Shown here piece by piece: positions 22,831 to 48,778 of a stretch of DNA of 64,000 bases. The position numbers and the translations under genes are program-made. The stretch comes from the human T2T-CHM13v2.0 reference genome, Homo sapiens. The notes beneath the pieces were generated by a model that was not told where the DNA came from, did not search any database, and worked only from the letters and a program-made list of their open reading frames with translations. The stretch is taken from NCBI RefSeq assembly GCF_009914755.1, contig NC_060935.1; one strand, 5' to 3'. Positions within the stretch are counted from its first letter, which is position 1; the number at the start of each line of letters is the position of its first letter.

Positions 22831-23425
22831 TAATCTGTGAAGTGACATTTATGTCAATGAAAGCTTGTAAAACCAGGAACTGTGGGCCTCTTGACGTCAA
22901 GATGTAATATAAACTTTAAATTATTGGTGTAATTATATAGCATAAATACTTTAAGATGTTATACATATTCTGAGGCCTGTTATATTTACCAAGTTGTTGA
23001 ATAGGATTTCTTAGCTTTTCAGTTTCATAGATCAGGAATTCAAAGCAACTGTCTATGACGTGGGTTAGGGCCACATGCAGTGAACAAACTTCAAAAGGAC
23101 TATAACATACACATTTTTATTTGTAAAACAGTAAGTTAACTCCTGGTATATTCTGTTTTTGGAACTTTTGGTCCTGATTCAGTCTTATATATATTACCTG
23201 TGCTACATCTTTATACATTGTAGAGATGCAGATAGAATTCAGTCTTTTGAGTGCTCTTACTTATCTGACATATTTATTAGCTATTCTTTTTATTTTTTTC
23301 CTGTTGATTGCTGAAAACTCAAACTTACGTTTATTTATTTATTTATTTTTTAAAATACTTTCTGTTAGTGTTGAACAAAGTAGTTGTGCAGGTATATTTT
23401 AACTGCAATTAAAAGTATAATTTCT

Positions 23426-25605
<2,180 letters not shown>

Positions 25606-26401
25606 TCATTTGTCATTTGTCATTTATGAGGCACTGTGAGGATTCCTACTTTCAAGGAATATACTCTAGTACATGAAAAATGATGTACACATAAAACTAA
25701 AACGTATAAAATACTTTAGTAAATGCTGTAAGAAAAAGTTATCAAGGGTTGTGGAAGCAAAGAAGGGAAAACATTTATTGAATGTCTACCATGTGTTGAA
25801 AAAATAGTCATAATAATAGTGATAACAGCTAACACTTTCTGAGTACTTGTTATGTGTCCTGCCTGGCTCTGGGAAATATCTCATATAGTTCTCTTAATGG
25901 CTCTATGAGATAGGTAATATTATCCTCATTTGATAAATAAAGGAAACTGAGAAGCCAGAGGGTTTGCATAGCCAGCAGGTTTGGATCCAGGGAATGCCTG
26001 AATGAATGTGGCCGGCTGTTACTGAAAGGAGTGTTACCCATTAGTTGTTACTGTAGCCGCCTTAATGAGAGTTAGTGAGAGACTTAACTAAGGCAGGGGC
26101 AGTAGGTTGGAGAGGAATTTGAAAGATAAATTGCATCTGTAATAATTTAAGGGAATAATTTAATATGTGGGGTAAGGGAAACAAAGTTGAGGATGACGCC
26201 TGTCAAACATAAGTGGATAGGTGGTTGTTGATGCTATTAACCTAGGAAAATAGAGGAGAGAGAACAAGTTCATGGGGCTAGGGGAGACAGATAATGAGTT
26301 TGATTTTGAATATGTTTATTTTGAGGTAGTGTGGTACATTTAAATAGAGTATGGATGGAGAAGGGAAACTTCTATTCATAATAACTGAAGTGACCAACTA
26401 G

Positions 26402-26530
<129 letters not shown>

Positions 26531-26822
26531 TAAAATTTCATATATTTATTTAACGGAACTGATTACCTGTCCCCTACCCCAACTATAATTTTTTTTTTGT
26601 AATTATCACTTACAGGGATGAGAAATATTTCTAGATATATTTTTTCGGTTCTGCAGATATTTAATTGAAAATTAATTTTATATTAATGTTTATATGTATT
26701 TTATATTTATTGTCTATAAAAATATAAAAGTGGACATTATAGAGCAGTAATAGCCTCTGTTTACTAAAAGATTAGAGAGTTCTATAATGTGACCTAACTA
26801 AAATATGGCTATGCAAATTCTA

Positions 26823-27131
26823 GGCCAGGCGGCTCATTCCTGTAATCCCAGCACCTTGGGAGGCTGAGGCGGGTGGCTCACTTGAGCCTTGGAATTTGAG
26901 ACCAGCCTGGCCAGCATTGCAAAACCCTGTCTCTACGAAAAAAAATACAAAGAATATTAGCTGGATGTGATGATGTACTCTTGTAGTCCCTGCTACTCAG
27001 GAAGCTGAGGTGGGAGGATCACCCGAGTCCCCAGAGGTCAAGGCTGCAGTGAGCCGTGATCATGCCACCACACTTCAGTCTGGGCAACAGAGTGAGACTC
27101 CTGTCTCAAAAAACAAGCAAATAAACAAACA
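26823..27131 (+). mobile_element. AluJ
   Basis: gaggtcaaggctgcagtgagcc diagnostic. Confidence 0.85.
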
Positions 27132-27258
27132 AATTATAATCAAAGATTTTTTCCATAGCCATAATAGCATTTCACACTTAAGAAAATTAACAATAGTTTT
27201 TTATTATCATCTAGATCTGTACTTCGCTTACTTTGCTTCAGGCTCTTTGAGTAATTGA

Positions 27259-30502
<3,244 letters not shown>

Positions 30503-30659
30503 TATTTTCTTTTAATCTAAGATAGTGTCTCCACTTTTTCCCTCTACAGCATTGCTTTATTGAAGTGACCAGGCCAGTTGTCTCGTTGTATGTAATACAT
30601 TTCTGATTTGTCTGAGTTATTTCTTCATGGAATTGGTGAATTGGTTCAACAATTGGGCC

Positions 30660-31815
30660 CCAAGCCCAATATCATTATGGTTTTTGCTGACGTGTAGAGG
30701 TACGTACTGCCTTGGTGGTCTTGTATAAGATCCAGAAGAAATCTCTGGATTAAAGCAGAGATTCTTGTTCTTTTCCCTTACTTTCTCCTAAATAAACAGG
30801 GTCTCTCTCTCTCAATGTGTGCTGAACTGCTTGGAACTGAGCATGAGGTGACACAAGCATCCCTGTGGCTACCATCCCTGGGACTGCGCTGGGTCAGACT
30901 TGAAGCTAGCACAGCAGTGGGTCTTGCCCAAGGCTTGCTGTAACCATTACTTGGCTACCACTTGTGTTCACTCAAAGCCCTAGGGCTCTATAATCAACAG
31001 GTGGCAAAGCCAGCCAGGTTTTGTCCTTCCCTCTGGGTGACAAGTTCTCCCGGGCCCTGGGCAGGTCCAAAGATATTGTCTGGGAGCCAGGGATAGGAGT
31101 AAGAAAAGTTTGCCTGATATTCTTTTCCACTGTGGCTAAACTGGTGCTCAAACCACAATATAAAGTCCTTCCCACTCTTCCCTCCCCTTTCCACAGGCAG
31201 AGGAGCCTCTCCATGTGGGCACCACCACCACCAGCCCATGGCAGGCTTCTGACTGGCCACTGCTGATGTTCACTTAAATACCACAGGCTCTTCAGTCAGC
31301 CTGTAGTAAATGCTGCCAGGCCTGGGACTCACCCTTCAGGGCAGTAGGCCCCCCCTCTGGCCTAGGGTAGGTTCAGAAATGCTGTCCAAGAGCCTAGACC
31401 TGGACTTGGGGACTCCAGGAGCCTGCTTGTTGCTTTACCCCACTGTGTCCAAGCTGGTACCTACGAGCAAGACAAAGTTCCCTTTTGTTTTCCTTCTGCT
31501 TTTCTCAGACAGAAGGAGTCTTTTGCCATAGCCAGCCACAGCTGGGAATGTGCTAGGTCACATCTGTAGTGGGCATGTCTCAGAGCCCAAGGCTATGGCA
31601 TACTCCTTGGGTATCGCTCCTAATTATTCAGGGTCTAAGGGCTTGTTAGTCTGCAGGTGATGAATCCTGCCAGTACTGGGTGCTTTCCTTCAAGGCAGCA
31701 GGTTCCCTTTTGGCCCAAGGTATGTCTAGAAATGTCATCCAGGAGCAAGGCTTGGAATGGATCCTTCATGACTCTGCCTGGTCTCTTCTCCTACTGTGGC
31801 TGAGCTGGTATCCAG
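30660..31815 (-). mobile_element. 5' region fragment of an old L1 (L1M1/M2/PB type)
   Basis: Characteristic ...cttgttcttttcccttactttctcc... and GC-rich 5'UTR-type sequence; subfamily from memory. Confidence 0.6.
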
Positions 31816-31819
31816 TGAT

Positions 31820-36300
<4,481 letters not shown>

Positions 36301-39226
36301 CATCTTTGAAGTTTCTTAATGTTACCATTTTACTACCTCTCAAAATGTGGCAACCTGTCTAGGTCCATCTTAGGACTGCTTACTATTGGATTTGTTTTTT
36401 GTTTGTTGGTTTGTTTTTTCTCTTTCTTTGAACGCTAACATTAGTTCAAATACAGTAAAACCAAAGTAAAAGAGTGTTACTGATATTAAGAGCAATAACT
36501 TCTTAGGGCATAACGAGAGGTTTCCTGGATGTAAGGTGATAACGTGGATTTGGGTTGCTAGTTTATTTTCTGTTTTATTTTCACTTTTGATAGCTGAGGG
36601 TTTTTTTTTTTTTAAGCTTTCTGTTTTTCTTTTCCTGTAGATGAGCTTTTGCACTAGTGTTTCATTCTTAGACATTGGTTGTTCAAAGAAAATTTTTAGG
36701 TATTACAGATTATGACCTATTCTAAATATTAGCTGAAGTAGTTTTATTGTTTTAACGACTTAATAAGAAATTTAAGTCTAGCTTTAACTTCTTTATAACT
36801 GTTATCACATGGTTGCTGAAGAAAAATTGATCCTTCCCTTGATCTCATTGTTACATTATTGAACTCTTTGTGTATGTGTTGATTTAGTTCTTTTGTTTAT
36901 TAGGTGATGCAGTTAACAATACTGGGAGATAGCTCTGTAGTTCTTTCTGTTGAGAGTTGTGTATGTCTATGCATACAATCACAATTCCTGGTTGGATTTA
37001 ATTAAAAACTTTAATTTTTGTTTTTTAGTGTTGTTCACAAGCTTAGTGACTTTAAGAAAAAAATCAGGTTTTGTATTTTTTCTTTTCCCTTTGGAGTTAA
37101 ACTTTAAAACTCTTTAAATCTCTTGACAAGTTGCCTTACAGTGTGTCTTGTTTTAAGTAAATGTGTCTGTGCGTATTTGGAATTTGCGAGTTACTTTAGT
37201 AGCTTAATTTGCTCTGAAAAAGTATTCTTGACTTACCACGAATTTATGTAAGACTTCATTAAATATCAAGATCCATTAAAAGCTTATAAGTAATTTGCAA
37301 GAGTTGAAGTTATGCATATTTTAAAATTATTACATCTAGTGCCAAAAATCAAGCATATTAGTATTGTAGTTCTTGTTTGGTAAGGAAAAAGAATTTATAA
37401 TTATGCCTTTAATTCACAGAGAAAATCAATGATATGCTGGTGGAAATAGCCAGCAGGCAGCTGGAAATGTGAGTCTAGGTTCAAGGGAAAGATGGTAGTT
37501 AGAAAAATAAAAATGGAAAGTTTTCCTCTAATAGGTGGTCGTTGAAACTGTGGAAGTAGATTCATGTGTGAAAGCCCAGTATGAGAGGAGGTCTAAGATT
37601 GAACGTTTAGAAGCAGCAACATTTAAGGAGCCAGTTGTCAATTGAAATGTGTACAGTTCAGTCTTTAAATTTAATGTCAGCAATATACGAGAAAGAGTAG
37701 AAGAAACATATTGTGATGACTAGCAGTTTCTTTTTACAAAATAGCAAATAATGGTAGTCCTAAGTTTTAAACCTCTAAAGCTTTAATAGTGCAATCTTTA
37801 CTCTGAGATTTTGCATTCAGTTGTATAATCAGTTTTTCAAAAAGTATTTAATGAGGTGAGAACATACAATATGCACTTATCTCTCTATCTGGATATAGAT
37901 ATAAATACATAGATAAAGATCTATCTGTAAATATCTTCATCTATATTGGTTTAAGTTTCTTTCTTCCTCTTTTTTCCTTCTCTCTAATCCATTCATCAAT
38001 TACCCCCTCCCTTTCTAGTAGTATTAAGCGTGCTTGCTTGCTAGTTTCTGACACCCAGTAAGAGGGCAGCTTACTTAAATCTTAATCGCATCATTGTGGG
38101 GTTCTGAGAGAGCTTTGAGGTTGTTTCCAGGGTTGCTTAAAAAATTTGTGCCACAAAGGACTCTGATCATAGTAACTCAGTAGGAAGCATTGGTAACATC
38201 TAGTTTATCTGTAGGAGGGCTGTTAAGAACTAGTCTTCTTTTTCTTTTTCTAGGAAGTGCTTTGTTTGTGGTTTAGAAAGAAGTTGTTCTGATGGATTTT
38301 GTTTTGTAGAATTGCTGTGGAATTTGCTTTGATATTTAGTATTAGTTAAGAATTGCAGTGTGCTCAAACATGAACATGGATTAAAGTATCAACAATTGCA
38401 TATTTATTGCAAGCATACTCATTTGTTGAATTATTAAATTGCACTATAGTACTTATGAAACTCCAAACCAGGTATGACCAGAATGAATGATCTATATAAT
38501 ATGGGAATAAAAGAATACTCATAAATTTGGTCTGTAAGTTCTTGGTATCTTCAAGTTTCATTGGCATGTTAACTTCACCAGAAGATTAAACACTTTGTAG
38601 CCTTCTGTAAAGTTTACTCTTTATGTACTATATAAGATAGAACATGATCATAGACTCTTGCTCTAGATTAGAAATTTATTCTATTAATTCCTATGCCTCA
38701 AGGAAGTATTTTTATACCTTCTAAAACAGTCTGACAGTTAAAAACCCATTATACCTTGAAAGATTTTCTGAGATGATTAAATAGCATTTCTTAATAAGCC
38801 ATTACAATGTTTAGGAATTTTCACTTTCTTTTATTTCTAATATCTCCTTATTTATAGAACATATAATTATTTTTATATGTATATTTCATATGCATATATA
38901 GGATATATACATATTTAGAATTTAGAAGTTGCATTGTTCCTACTGTATTCCCCAGCGGCCTCTTGTGAAGTGTGATATGTAGTATTATTCAAAACTTTGA
39001 GGTTAGCTAAATAATATATACACCAAAGCTTCTGGAAAAAAAACCCATTATTGATTACGCATCTAATTAGAAATGATAATGCTGTTAGATGATAATAATG
39101 CTTAGAATTTCAGCAGGATGTGTGGATACTTTTTAATCTACTAAGATGTTACAGAACATTTATGTTATTTAATGTTTTCCTATAAGAATGATGATACTCT
39201 GACTACACAGTTCCTGTAGCAGTGGT

Positions 39227-39509
39227 TCTTTTTTTTTTTTGAGACAGAGTTTCACTTGTCATCTAGGCTAGAGTACAGTGGTACAATCATAGCTCACTGC
39301 AGCCTTGATCTCTTGGGCACAGGTGATCCTCCTGCCTCAGTCTCCCCAGTAGCTGGGACCACAGGCATGTGCCACCGTGACCAGGTCAGTTTTTTATTTT
39401 TGGTAGAGATGTGATAGCACAGGCTATCTCAAACTCATGGGCTTAAGTGATCCTCCTATCTTGGCCTCACAAAGTGCTGGGATTACATGTGTGAGGCACT
39501 GTGCCTGGC
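39227..39509 (-). mobile_element. AluJ
   Basis: atcatagctcactgcagccttg diagnostic. Confidence 0.85.
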
Positions 39510-40388
39510 TGCAATTGTTCTTAATACTTTTTTTGATAACACCCCTGGAGGTGCACAAAGTTGTATGCCGCAACTTTGAGAGATTGAATCCCTTCTCCAA
39601 CCAAAATAAATAGATAAATAAAAGAAGGGAACAATGAGAAAAGCTTATGTGGTATAAAGGAATATTGGACTGCTTATCTGCTGAGCTTTCCCAGCCTTCT
39701 AATCTAGTGACTCTCAGTAGAATGGGAGTATAGGATATGGGTATCAGAATCTCCTGTGAAGTTTAACAAGTTACTTATTGTACTTCTTGGCCCCAGCTTC
39801 TCCTTTTCAGGCCTATGCCATCATCTGTTCTAATGGGCACCTCCCCCTCTCCATCATTGTATTAGCCATGTTTTAATAGATAACTTGGTTTCCAAAGAGG
39901 ATTTACTCACCAGTAAGGGAGTGGCCTATTTGTCTTCAGATTTAGGCTAAATATAGTCAAATGTAAAACAATAAAATGGCATTTAATTGACTTCTCAGTT
40001 TTTCGTAGTGCTTAACATAACTGAAGAAGTGATAAATTATTGGTCTGATATAGTACAGTTATAAAGTTGACATTGGAACAGAGGATGAAGATGTTGCGTG
40101 AAAGAAATCCTGTCAAAGAGTGTGGCTCTATAATCCAACATATCATACCCTTCAGAGATAATATTCTCTCCGGGTCTGAATTCAGCAAAAGCTGTTAAGG
40201 AGGTGATTTGGGGAAAGATAAATTGAAATTTTGAGAACAGAATAGGACTTAATCTAATAGCAATACATTCTCTGCTTTTTCATAATAGTAACAGTATGTG
40301 AAGGCTTTAGTCTTCCTCAAAGAATAGAAGCCTGTTAGGATGCCATGTTAAACAAGCAAGTGAATTACAGAACTTAAAGATGATTTAG

Positions 40389-40693
40389 GGCCAGGTGCGG
40401 TGGCTCATGCCTGTTATTCCAGCACTTTGGGAGGCCGAGGAGGGCAGATTGCTTGAGCTCAGGATTTCGAGACCAGCCTGGCCAACATGGTGAAACCTTG
40501 CTCTACCCAAAATACAAAAAATTAGCTGGGTGTGGTGGTGTGTGCCTGTGGTGCTGGCTACTCGGGAGGCTGGGGTGGGAGGATGCCTTGTGCCTGGGAG
40601 GTGGAAGTTTCAGTGAGCCAAGATTGAACCGCTGCACTCCAGCCTGGGTGACAGAGCAAGACTGTCTCAAAAACAAACAAACAACAACAAAAA
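40389..40693 (+). mobile_element. Alu (J/S)
   Basis: Alu consensus. Confidence 0.88.
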
Positions 40694-41163
40694 AGATAAT
40701 TTAGTAGTGCAAAGATTTTCTGTAGAAGTAATGCATTGGACAGAACCTGAAACTGGAGTCAGATGAACTGACTCTGAATTCCAGCTTGTCTTTTTGTTAC
40801 TTTTACCTTTTTAAGGAAACCACTTCACTTCTCTGATTCTTGGTCTTCAATAGAGTAAGGATAATGGTATCTGCCTTACACTTCATGGTACTATTGGGTG
40901 GGTAAAATTTGATTTCATAATATTGATTATACCTTGTAGATTGTTAAGTTTTATGCAACTTTAAGGAGGTCTGATCACTTCTTTGCTAATAAATTGGTAT
41001 CATTAATTGGCCCTCCCTTGTCCTAGTGGTTATCTTTGGTGATTATATGTCTATAATACACTTTTTTTCTGTAAGGATTTGTTCTTAGAAATACCTTGTT
41101 GGCTATGTCTAGTAATTCCATAATCATTTGTTTAGTGCCTCGTATGCCTTAGGTGTGAGGTAT

Positions 41164-41824
41164 TGATGCAGGATTTTTCTTGTCCACTTTGCCAACTGGA
41201 GACCTCCACAGCCAGTGATGCCCCCTGCCCTGCACCCAGGCCTTGCTTAGCCCCAGGCCTTCCACTGGAGGCAGCACCTCTACGTGGCCCGCCTGTGTTA
41301 TGGCTTGTACCCATGTTTGGCAGTTTCCAGGCTCTTGTTCCGTGTCCAAGAAGAATTAGGATATGCTGATAATTTGAAGGGTGAAGAGGGCAGAGAAGAA
41401 TTTTATTGAGCGGTGGAACAGCTCAGTGGAGAGGAGACGTGGGGGTGGTCCCCCACCCCCACAGTTTGGTGTTTTTTTTCCTCTCAGTGTGCCTGTGTCT
41501 GGGGCTTTTATGGCCTCAGAATAGGGAAGTGCTTGCTGATTGGTTTGTGAGTATGCAAAAAAGTTTAAAACAAAGACTACTCAAAGGTGGGCATGACAGC
41601 ATAGAAAACCAATTAGGAAAGGGTAGGTATATGTAAAATAGGTGGAGGGTGGGGATTAATTGGAGGAAAGTATGCCAAACAGGAAGGCAAGTTCTTAATC
41701 TGGTCTGTGGATTTGACTTGTAGCTTGGCTTTCAGGCTTTAAACTATCTTTGGCTTGGAGGTAGGATTTCACCAGGGACCCACCCCTATCTGCCTAGGCA
41801 TTTGACTGCCTCCTGCTGCTATCA
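41164..41824 (-). mobile_element. MER50-like ERV1 LTR (3' LTR)
   Basis: Minus strand begins TGATAGCAGCAGGAGGCAGTCAAATGCCTAGGCAGATAGG and ends in CA; preceded by polypurine tract GAAGGGGAAAT. Confidence 0.75.
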
Positions 41825-43822
<1,998 letters not shown>

Positions 43823-44133
43823 GCACCAGCATGATGCCATAAGTGGAAAATTTCACATTTAAGTACTGAACACAAACTTTGTTTCATGCACAAAATTACT
43901 AAAAATGTTATATAAAATTGCATTAAGTTGTATGTATTTAGGTTGGTGCAAAAGTAATTGCAGTTTTTGCCAAGTATAAGGTGTATATGAAACATAAATG
44001 AATTTTATGTTTAGACTTGGATCTCATCCCCAAGTTATTTCATTATGTATATGCAAATACTACAAAATACAAAAAAATCAAAAATTGGAAACACTTCTAG
44101 TCTCAGGCATTTTGGATAAGGGATACTCAGCTT
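43823..44133 (+). mobile_element. Tigger4/MER46 3' fragment
   Basis: gcattttggataagggatactcagc terminus. Confidence 0.75.
43938..43972 (+). mobile_element. MADE1/Hsmar1 solo TIR
   Basis: TTAGGTTGGTGCAAAAGTAATTGCAGTTTTTGCCA. Confidence 0.9.
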
Positions 44134-44160
44134 TAGCTCATTTCACCTTGAAATGCATTT

Positions 44161-44480
44161 GTCAGCGGGGTACGGTAGCACATGCCTGTAATCCCAGAAC
44201 TTTGGGGTGCCAGGGCAGGAGGATGGCCTAAATCCAGAAACTTGAACCAGCTTGGACAGCATAGCGAGACTGTGTCTCTACAGAAAATTAAAAAATTAGT
44301 AGGCATGGTAGTGTGCACCTACTGAAACAAGTAGTTTCAGCTATTTGGGAAACTGAGGCAGTAAGATCACTTGAGCCCAGGAGTTTGAGACTGCAGTGAG
44401 CTATGACTGTACTACTGCACTCCAGCCTGAGTGACAGAATGAGATCCTGTCTCAAAAAGAAAAAGAAAAAGAAAAAAAAA
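44161..44480 (+). mobile_element. AluJ
   Basis: ggagtttgagactgcagtgagctatga. Confidence 0.82.
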
Positions 44481-46272
44481 TTGTCAGGCTCTCTCACAGA
44501 AAGTAAAGAAATATTTTTATTTTGGAATTTGTAACATATATGTTTTTTCTTCATATGTAACCAGCTTTTGGTAAAAATGGGTATCCCTTGAGAAGCACTT
44601 AACTTTTCTTTCTTCAGTGTATGTGGGACTCTTGGATGTTAATGTTACCCTAATTTTTCTCAGTATAACTTATTTAGAATAAGCAGTATTAGAGTATTTT
44701 TGATTTAGAATTTGGTAGGAACTAATGGTGAGAACTAGTAAGAACACTTTCAATCCATATGTAAAAATCATAGAAAAAAGGACATTAAAAAAACCTTATA
44801 GATAATCTTACAAGTGATTTTATTATTATTTTCTTTTCCTAACTTTTCAGTTCAGGAGGACATGTGTAGAATGTGCAGGTTTCTGCCATGTTCGTTTGCT
44901 GCATAGATCATCCTATCACCTTTACCAGTGATTTTTAAAAATTCTTTTTGTAAGGGCAATTGGGTTCTCTTGTTCTGCTGAAATGCATTAGGATCTGCTG
45001 AGGAGAGATTCCTAGGAGTGTATGGCACTGGGTGTATGGCACTGTGGGTCCTATATCCCCTTCCCCTTTTAACCAGAGTAGGTCCAATGTTATATTTTAT
45101 ATATTGGTGATAATGTAAATTTTTTCTTTAATAATTTTTGTGTTTAAAAAAGTAGATTTAATAAGTAGATAACTAGTCCCTCAAATGTTCCCTAATTTTA
45201 ATGACAAAATTACAGAGTCCCAGAGTACCTAACTTTACTTTAGTACTGTTCAGTTAAATCATACTGCCTGCATGTGGCTTTAGGAATATTAAAAATCTTA
45301 CTAAACCATTTAAAATAATGAACATTCAGGACTGTGTATGAATCGGGCATCAAGAAGATTTCATTGATAATATTAATATGAAGATTCGGCATATTTAAAT
45401 GAAAGTGATTTGACATTGGTACTTTTTATATATATTTTATTTTCTTTGAGTACTGAAAATGTTCATAAAGGAAACTAAAATAAGTTTTTGTAATTTTCAG
45501 AGGTCAAACTCTGCCCTTGAATTCTTAAAACCTATTGAAGACATTTCCTAGAGAATAGAATGTGCTTCATTCATTTCTCATATGCAGTATAAGCTAAGTA
45601 AACTGATTAAGGGCAGAAAAAAGTTGTTATGTTTGACTTTCTACCTGAATTTTTATTAAATAAGTTTGGTAAATATGCAGTTTTTCTGTAAAGTGTTCAT
45701 AGAACTTTTGTTTGTCCTTTGGCATTAGAAAGTTCCCTTAGTGCCTGACTTTTCGTTTAAAATGAAATTAAAACCAATGTGATTTAGTATGATTTGTAAT
45801 ATTATTTAATGAAACAATTGTATTGTGTGTGAAACAGATAGAAGGCTTGTTTTATTTATTTTTTCATACATTTTTATTTGGTCAGAATTGTTCTTTACAT
45901 TTTGGCAAGATGAATTAGAATTCTTTATTACAAAATTTAGATTTCTCTAGCATAAACATAGACTAGTAGGAAATTATACCACTCTTGCCAATAACAAATA
46001 ACAATGGGGAAATAGTAATTTTAAATATTTACTTAATGACTTCTAAGAATATTTAATGACCACAAAACAAGTGACTTTATGGAATTTATTTAGATGCAGC
46101 TAAATTTAGGTCAGAGAGAAATTAGTTCGGCATAATTTACCTGTTTTTCTAAGATACCAGTACGTTTCTCAATTTCTGAGAATATAATTCTTTTTATAGA
46201 CTTCTAATAAATGATAAAGTGATTACTAAGTCAAATTGAAGTTTAATATCTTCCTTTTAAAATTATTTGCAG

Positions 46273-46306
46273 GAGAGGGCTGCTCACAATTTATATGGCC
46301 AACTTG
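46273..46306 (+). CDS. TMEM135: TMEM135 coding exon 4 (34 nt): (R)RGLLTIYMANL
   Basis: tttgcag acceptor, ttg|gtaagt donor, phase 2 to phase 0, continues the exon 3 frame. Confidence 0.92.
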
Positions 46307-48160
46307 GTAAGTATTTTGTTTTAACCTTTGATGTCTTCCCATAAGCTATATCTTTTTAAAATCAAGTTTTCTTAAAAAAAGTAAAAGAGGAAAGCCACTT
46401 GTATTTGAGGATAATCTTCTCTGTGTTAATGGATAGAATTAAATGTTCAAAAAAGCCTTGATACCATCTGGTTTGTTCCATCATATAGGATTGAATTTCA
46501 CTTATTTTAGAAGGAAATCACTGTCTTGTGCTCTTCATTGCCTTTTTTAAGTTTACATCTTCATCTCTGATAGGCAGTACTTGTATGTGTATATATCTGT
46601 CTCTTTATATCTCTTTATATATCTAATTTCATATTCTGCCTCTGTTGTGATTTCTTATGGGAAAAATGATATAAGGATGGGTTTTTATGATGTATGTTCT
46701 TCTTGAATATAAAAACAACATTGGTACTATCTCCAAACACTCAGTGCATTTAATAATATAATTAGCTAGGCTTCCAAATTTTTAAGTTTACAAAAATGAA
46801 GTTAATGTTATGTTGTTTGATATTCTTTAAAGTAAATATATAATCAAGTTTATGTAAATTTTATTGCCAAGTTAATATTTTAAAAACATTTACATTAAAA
46901 TCTTTTCAGGTTGTTTAATAGACTTGATAGGCAACATTAAAAAATTTAACTAGGAAAGATTAATAATTATTTATTTACCTAAGGTTTAGTTCTTGAATTC
47001 TGTAACAAGGGAGTATATTTCAGAGTTACATTTAGCAATTCATTTTAGTTATAAAATATTTACTTTTTGCTCTGTACTTTTGTGTTTCTGTGCTAGATGC
47101 TGGTAAACAAGAGATAGCTTTTGCATTCATGGAGTTTTACTCTCTAGTGGGAGAAGTCACGGCAGAAATAATAATGTATGAAAAGGACTGAAAGATGATT
47201 TATAGGGTCCTGTGGAAATTATATAGCAGCAAACTATTCTGGGTGTGTGCGGTTGGGTCAGAGAAAAGTGGGTGTAACCCCTTTTGAGTCATAGACCTCT
47301 TTGAGAATCTGATGACATATGTGGACATTCTGTATAGAAAACTGCTCATGTAAGGAATGATACCTAAATTTCATTTCAGAGTGTTCATGGACCACCAATT
47401 AAGAAAGCCTAGGGTATGCCATCAAGTAAATTTATTTTAAAATACTCCAGAAAATTAGGAGTTCTAAGGACTTTTAATTGTAATGAAATGGAAATTTCAG
47501 GACAGCAGGAGAGCAGGATTTCTTTTTGGCATTATTCTCCTTGAAAGAATTCTTACTAGGATGTAAGCTTTTGAGCTTCTAAATAGAGTCTGTCATGTAA
47601 TAGAGATTTGATAAATATTTGTTGAATTAATGACAATCTTGCTGGGTATAGAATTCTAGATTGACAATGATTTAAAGATAATCCTTTATCTTTGTTCTCT
47701 GTAGTTACTTTTTTTTACTTTTTGTAGTCTGTTGGTTTTACTTTTTGTAGTTACTTTTTGTAGTCTGTTGGTTTTACTTTTTAGGTAATCTCTCTTTTTT
47801 TCTCAAATTTTTTTTTAAGATTTACTTTTGAAGAATTTATTTTTGGCATATTGGGTTTACTAGGATATAGATTTATTTTTATTTAGCTTGATCAGAACTC
47901 AGCTTTTGTAGTCCGAGAATTCATGGTTAGTTCTGGAATTAAAGTCTTATCCATCCCCTCTTTGAATCTTGCTTCTCCCCATTCTCTATATTCTATTGTT
48001 TTGGAACTCCTTTGAGATACATGTTAAACATTGTTATGTCCCTCTTCATATTTTCTTAATCACTCTTTAACATTTTCCTACTTTTTCATCTCTTTGTGCT
48101 GAATTCTGGTTATCTTTTCAGATTTGTCTTCAAGTTAACTCATCTATTTACCTGTTTCCA

Positions 48161-48778
48161 TTTATTTTATTTATTTTATGTTTTTGGTCTCATTGTATTG
48201 CCCAGGCTGGAGTACAGTGGTGTGATCACGGCTCACTACAGCTTGAACTCCTGGGCGCAAGCAATCCTCCTACCTCACCCTCCCAAGTAGCTGGGACCAC
48301 AGGCATGTACCACAATGTCCGGCTATTTTTTTTTACTTTTATTTTTGTAGAGATGGGATGTTGCCTACGCTGGTCTCAGACTCTTGGGCTCGAGTGATCC
48401 TTTTGCCTTGGCCTCCCAAAGTGCTGTGATTATAGGCAAGAGCCACTTTGCCCAGCCAATTTACTTGTTGTTTTTATTTATTATTATTATTTTTTGAGAT
48501 GGAGTCTCGCTCTGTCACCCGGGCTGGAATGCAGTGGTGTGATATTGGCTCACTGCAACCACTGCCTCCTGGGTTCAAGTGATTCTCCTGCCTTAGCCTC
48601 CTGAGTAGCTGGGATTACAGGTGTGCACCATCACGCCTGGCTAATTTTTTCTGTATTTTTAGTAGAGACGGGGTTTCACCATGTTGGTCAGTCTGGTCTT
48701 GAACTCCTGACCTCGTGATCTGCCTGCCTCAGCCTCCCAAAGTGCTGTTATTACAGGCATTAGCCACCACACCCGGCC
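48161..48778 (-). mobile_element. AluJ (~48161-48457) and AluS (~48471-48778) within old L1ME/HAL1-like sequence
   Basis: Alu consensus; TSD aatttacttgtt. Confidence 0.85.

Noticed and set aside
30972-31531. GC-richer region with overlapping ORFs
   Set aside because: Old L1 5' region; no splice-supported coding signal
36904-36960. Possible 57-nt poison exon in intron 3 (ttattag|GTGATG...TTGT|gtatgt)
   Set aside because: Only generic splice-like motifs; cannot be supported without RNA or conservation data
47701-47783. Compound tandem duplication (ttactttttgtag units); similar small duplications at ~18876-18930, ~45018-45044, ~61768-61796
   Set aside because: Ordinary slippage events in decayed repeats; not CRISPR-like, no spacers
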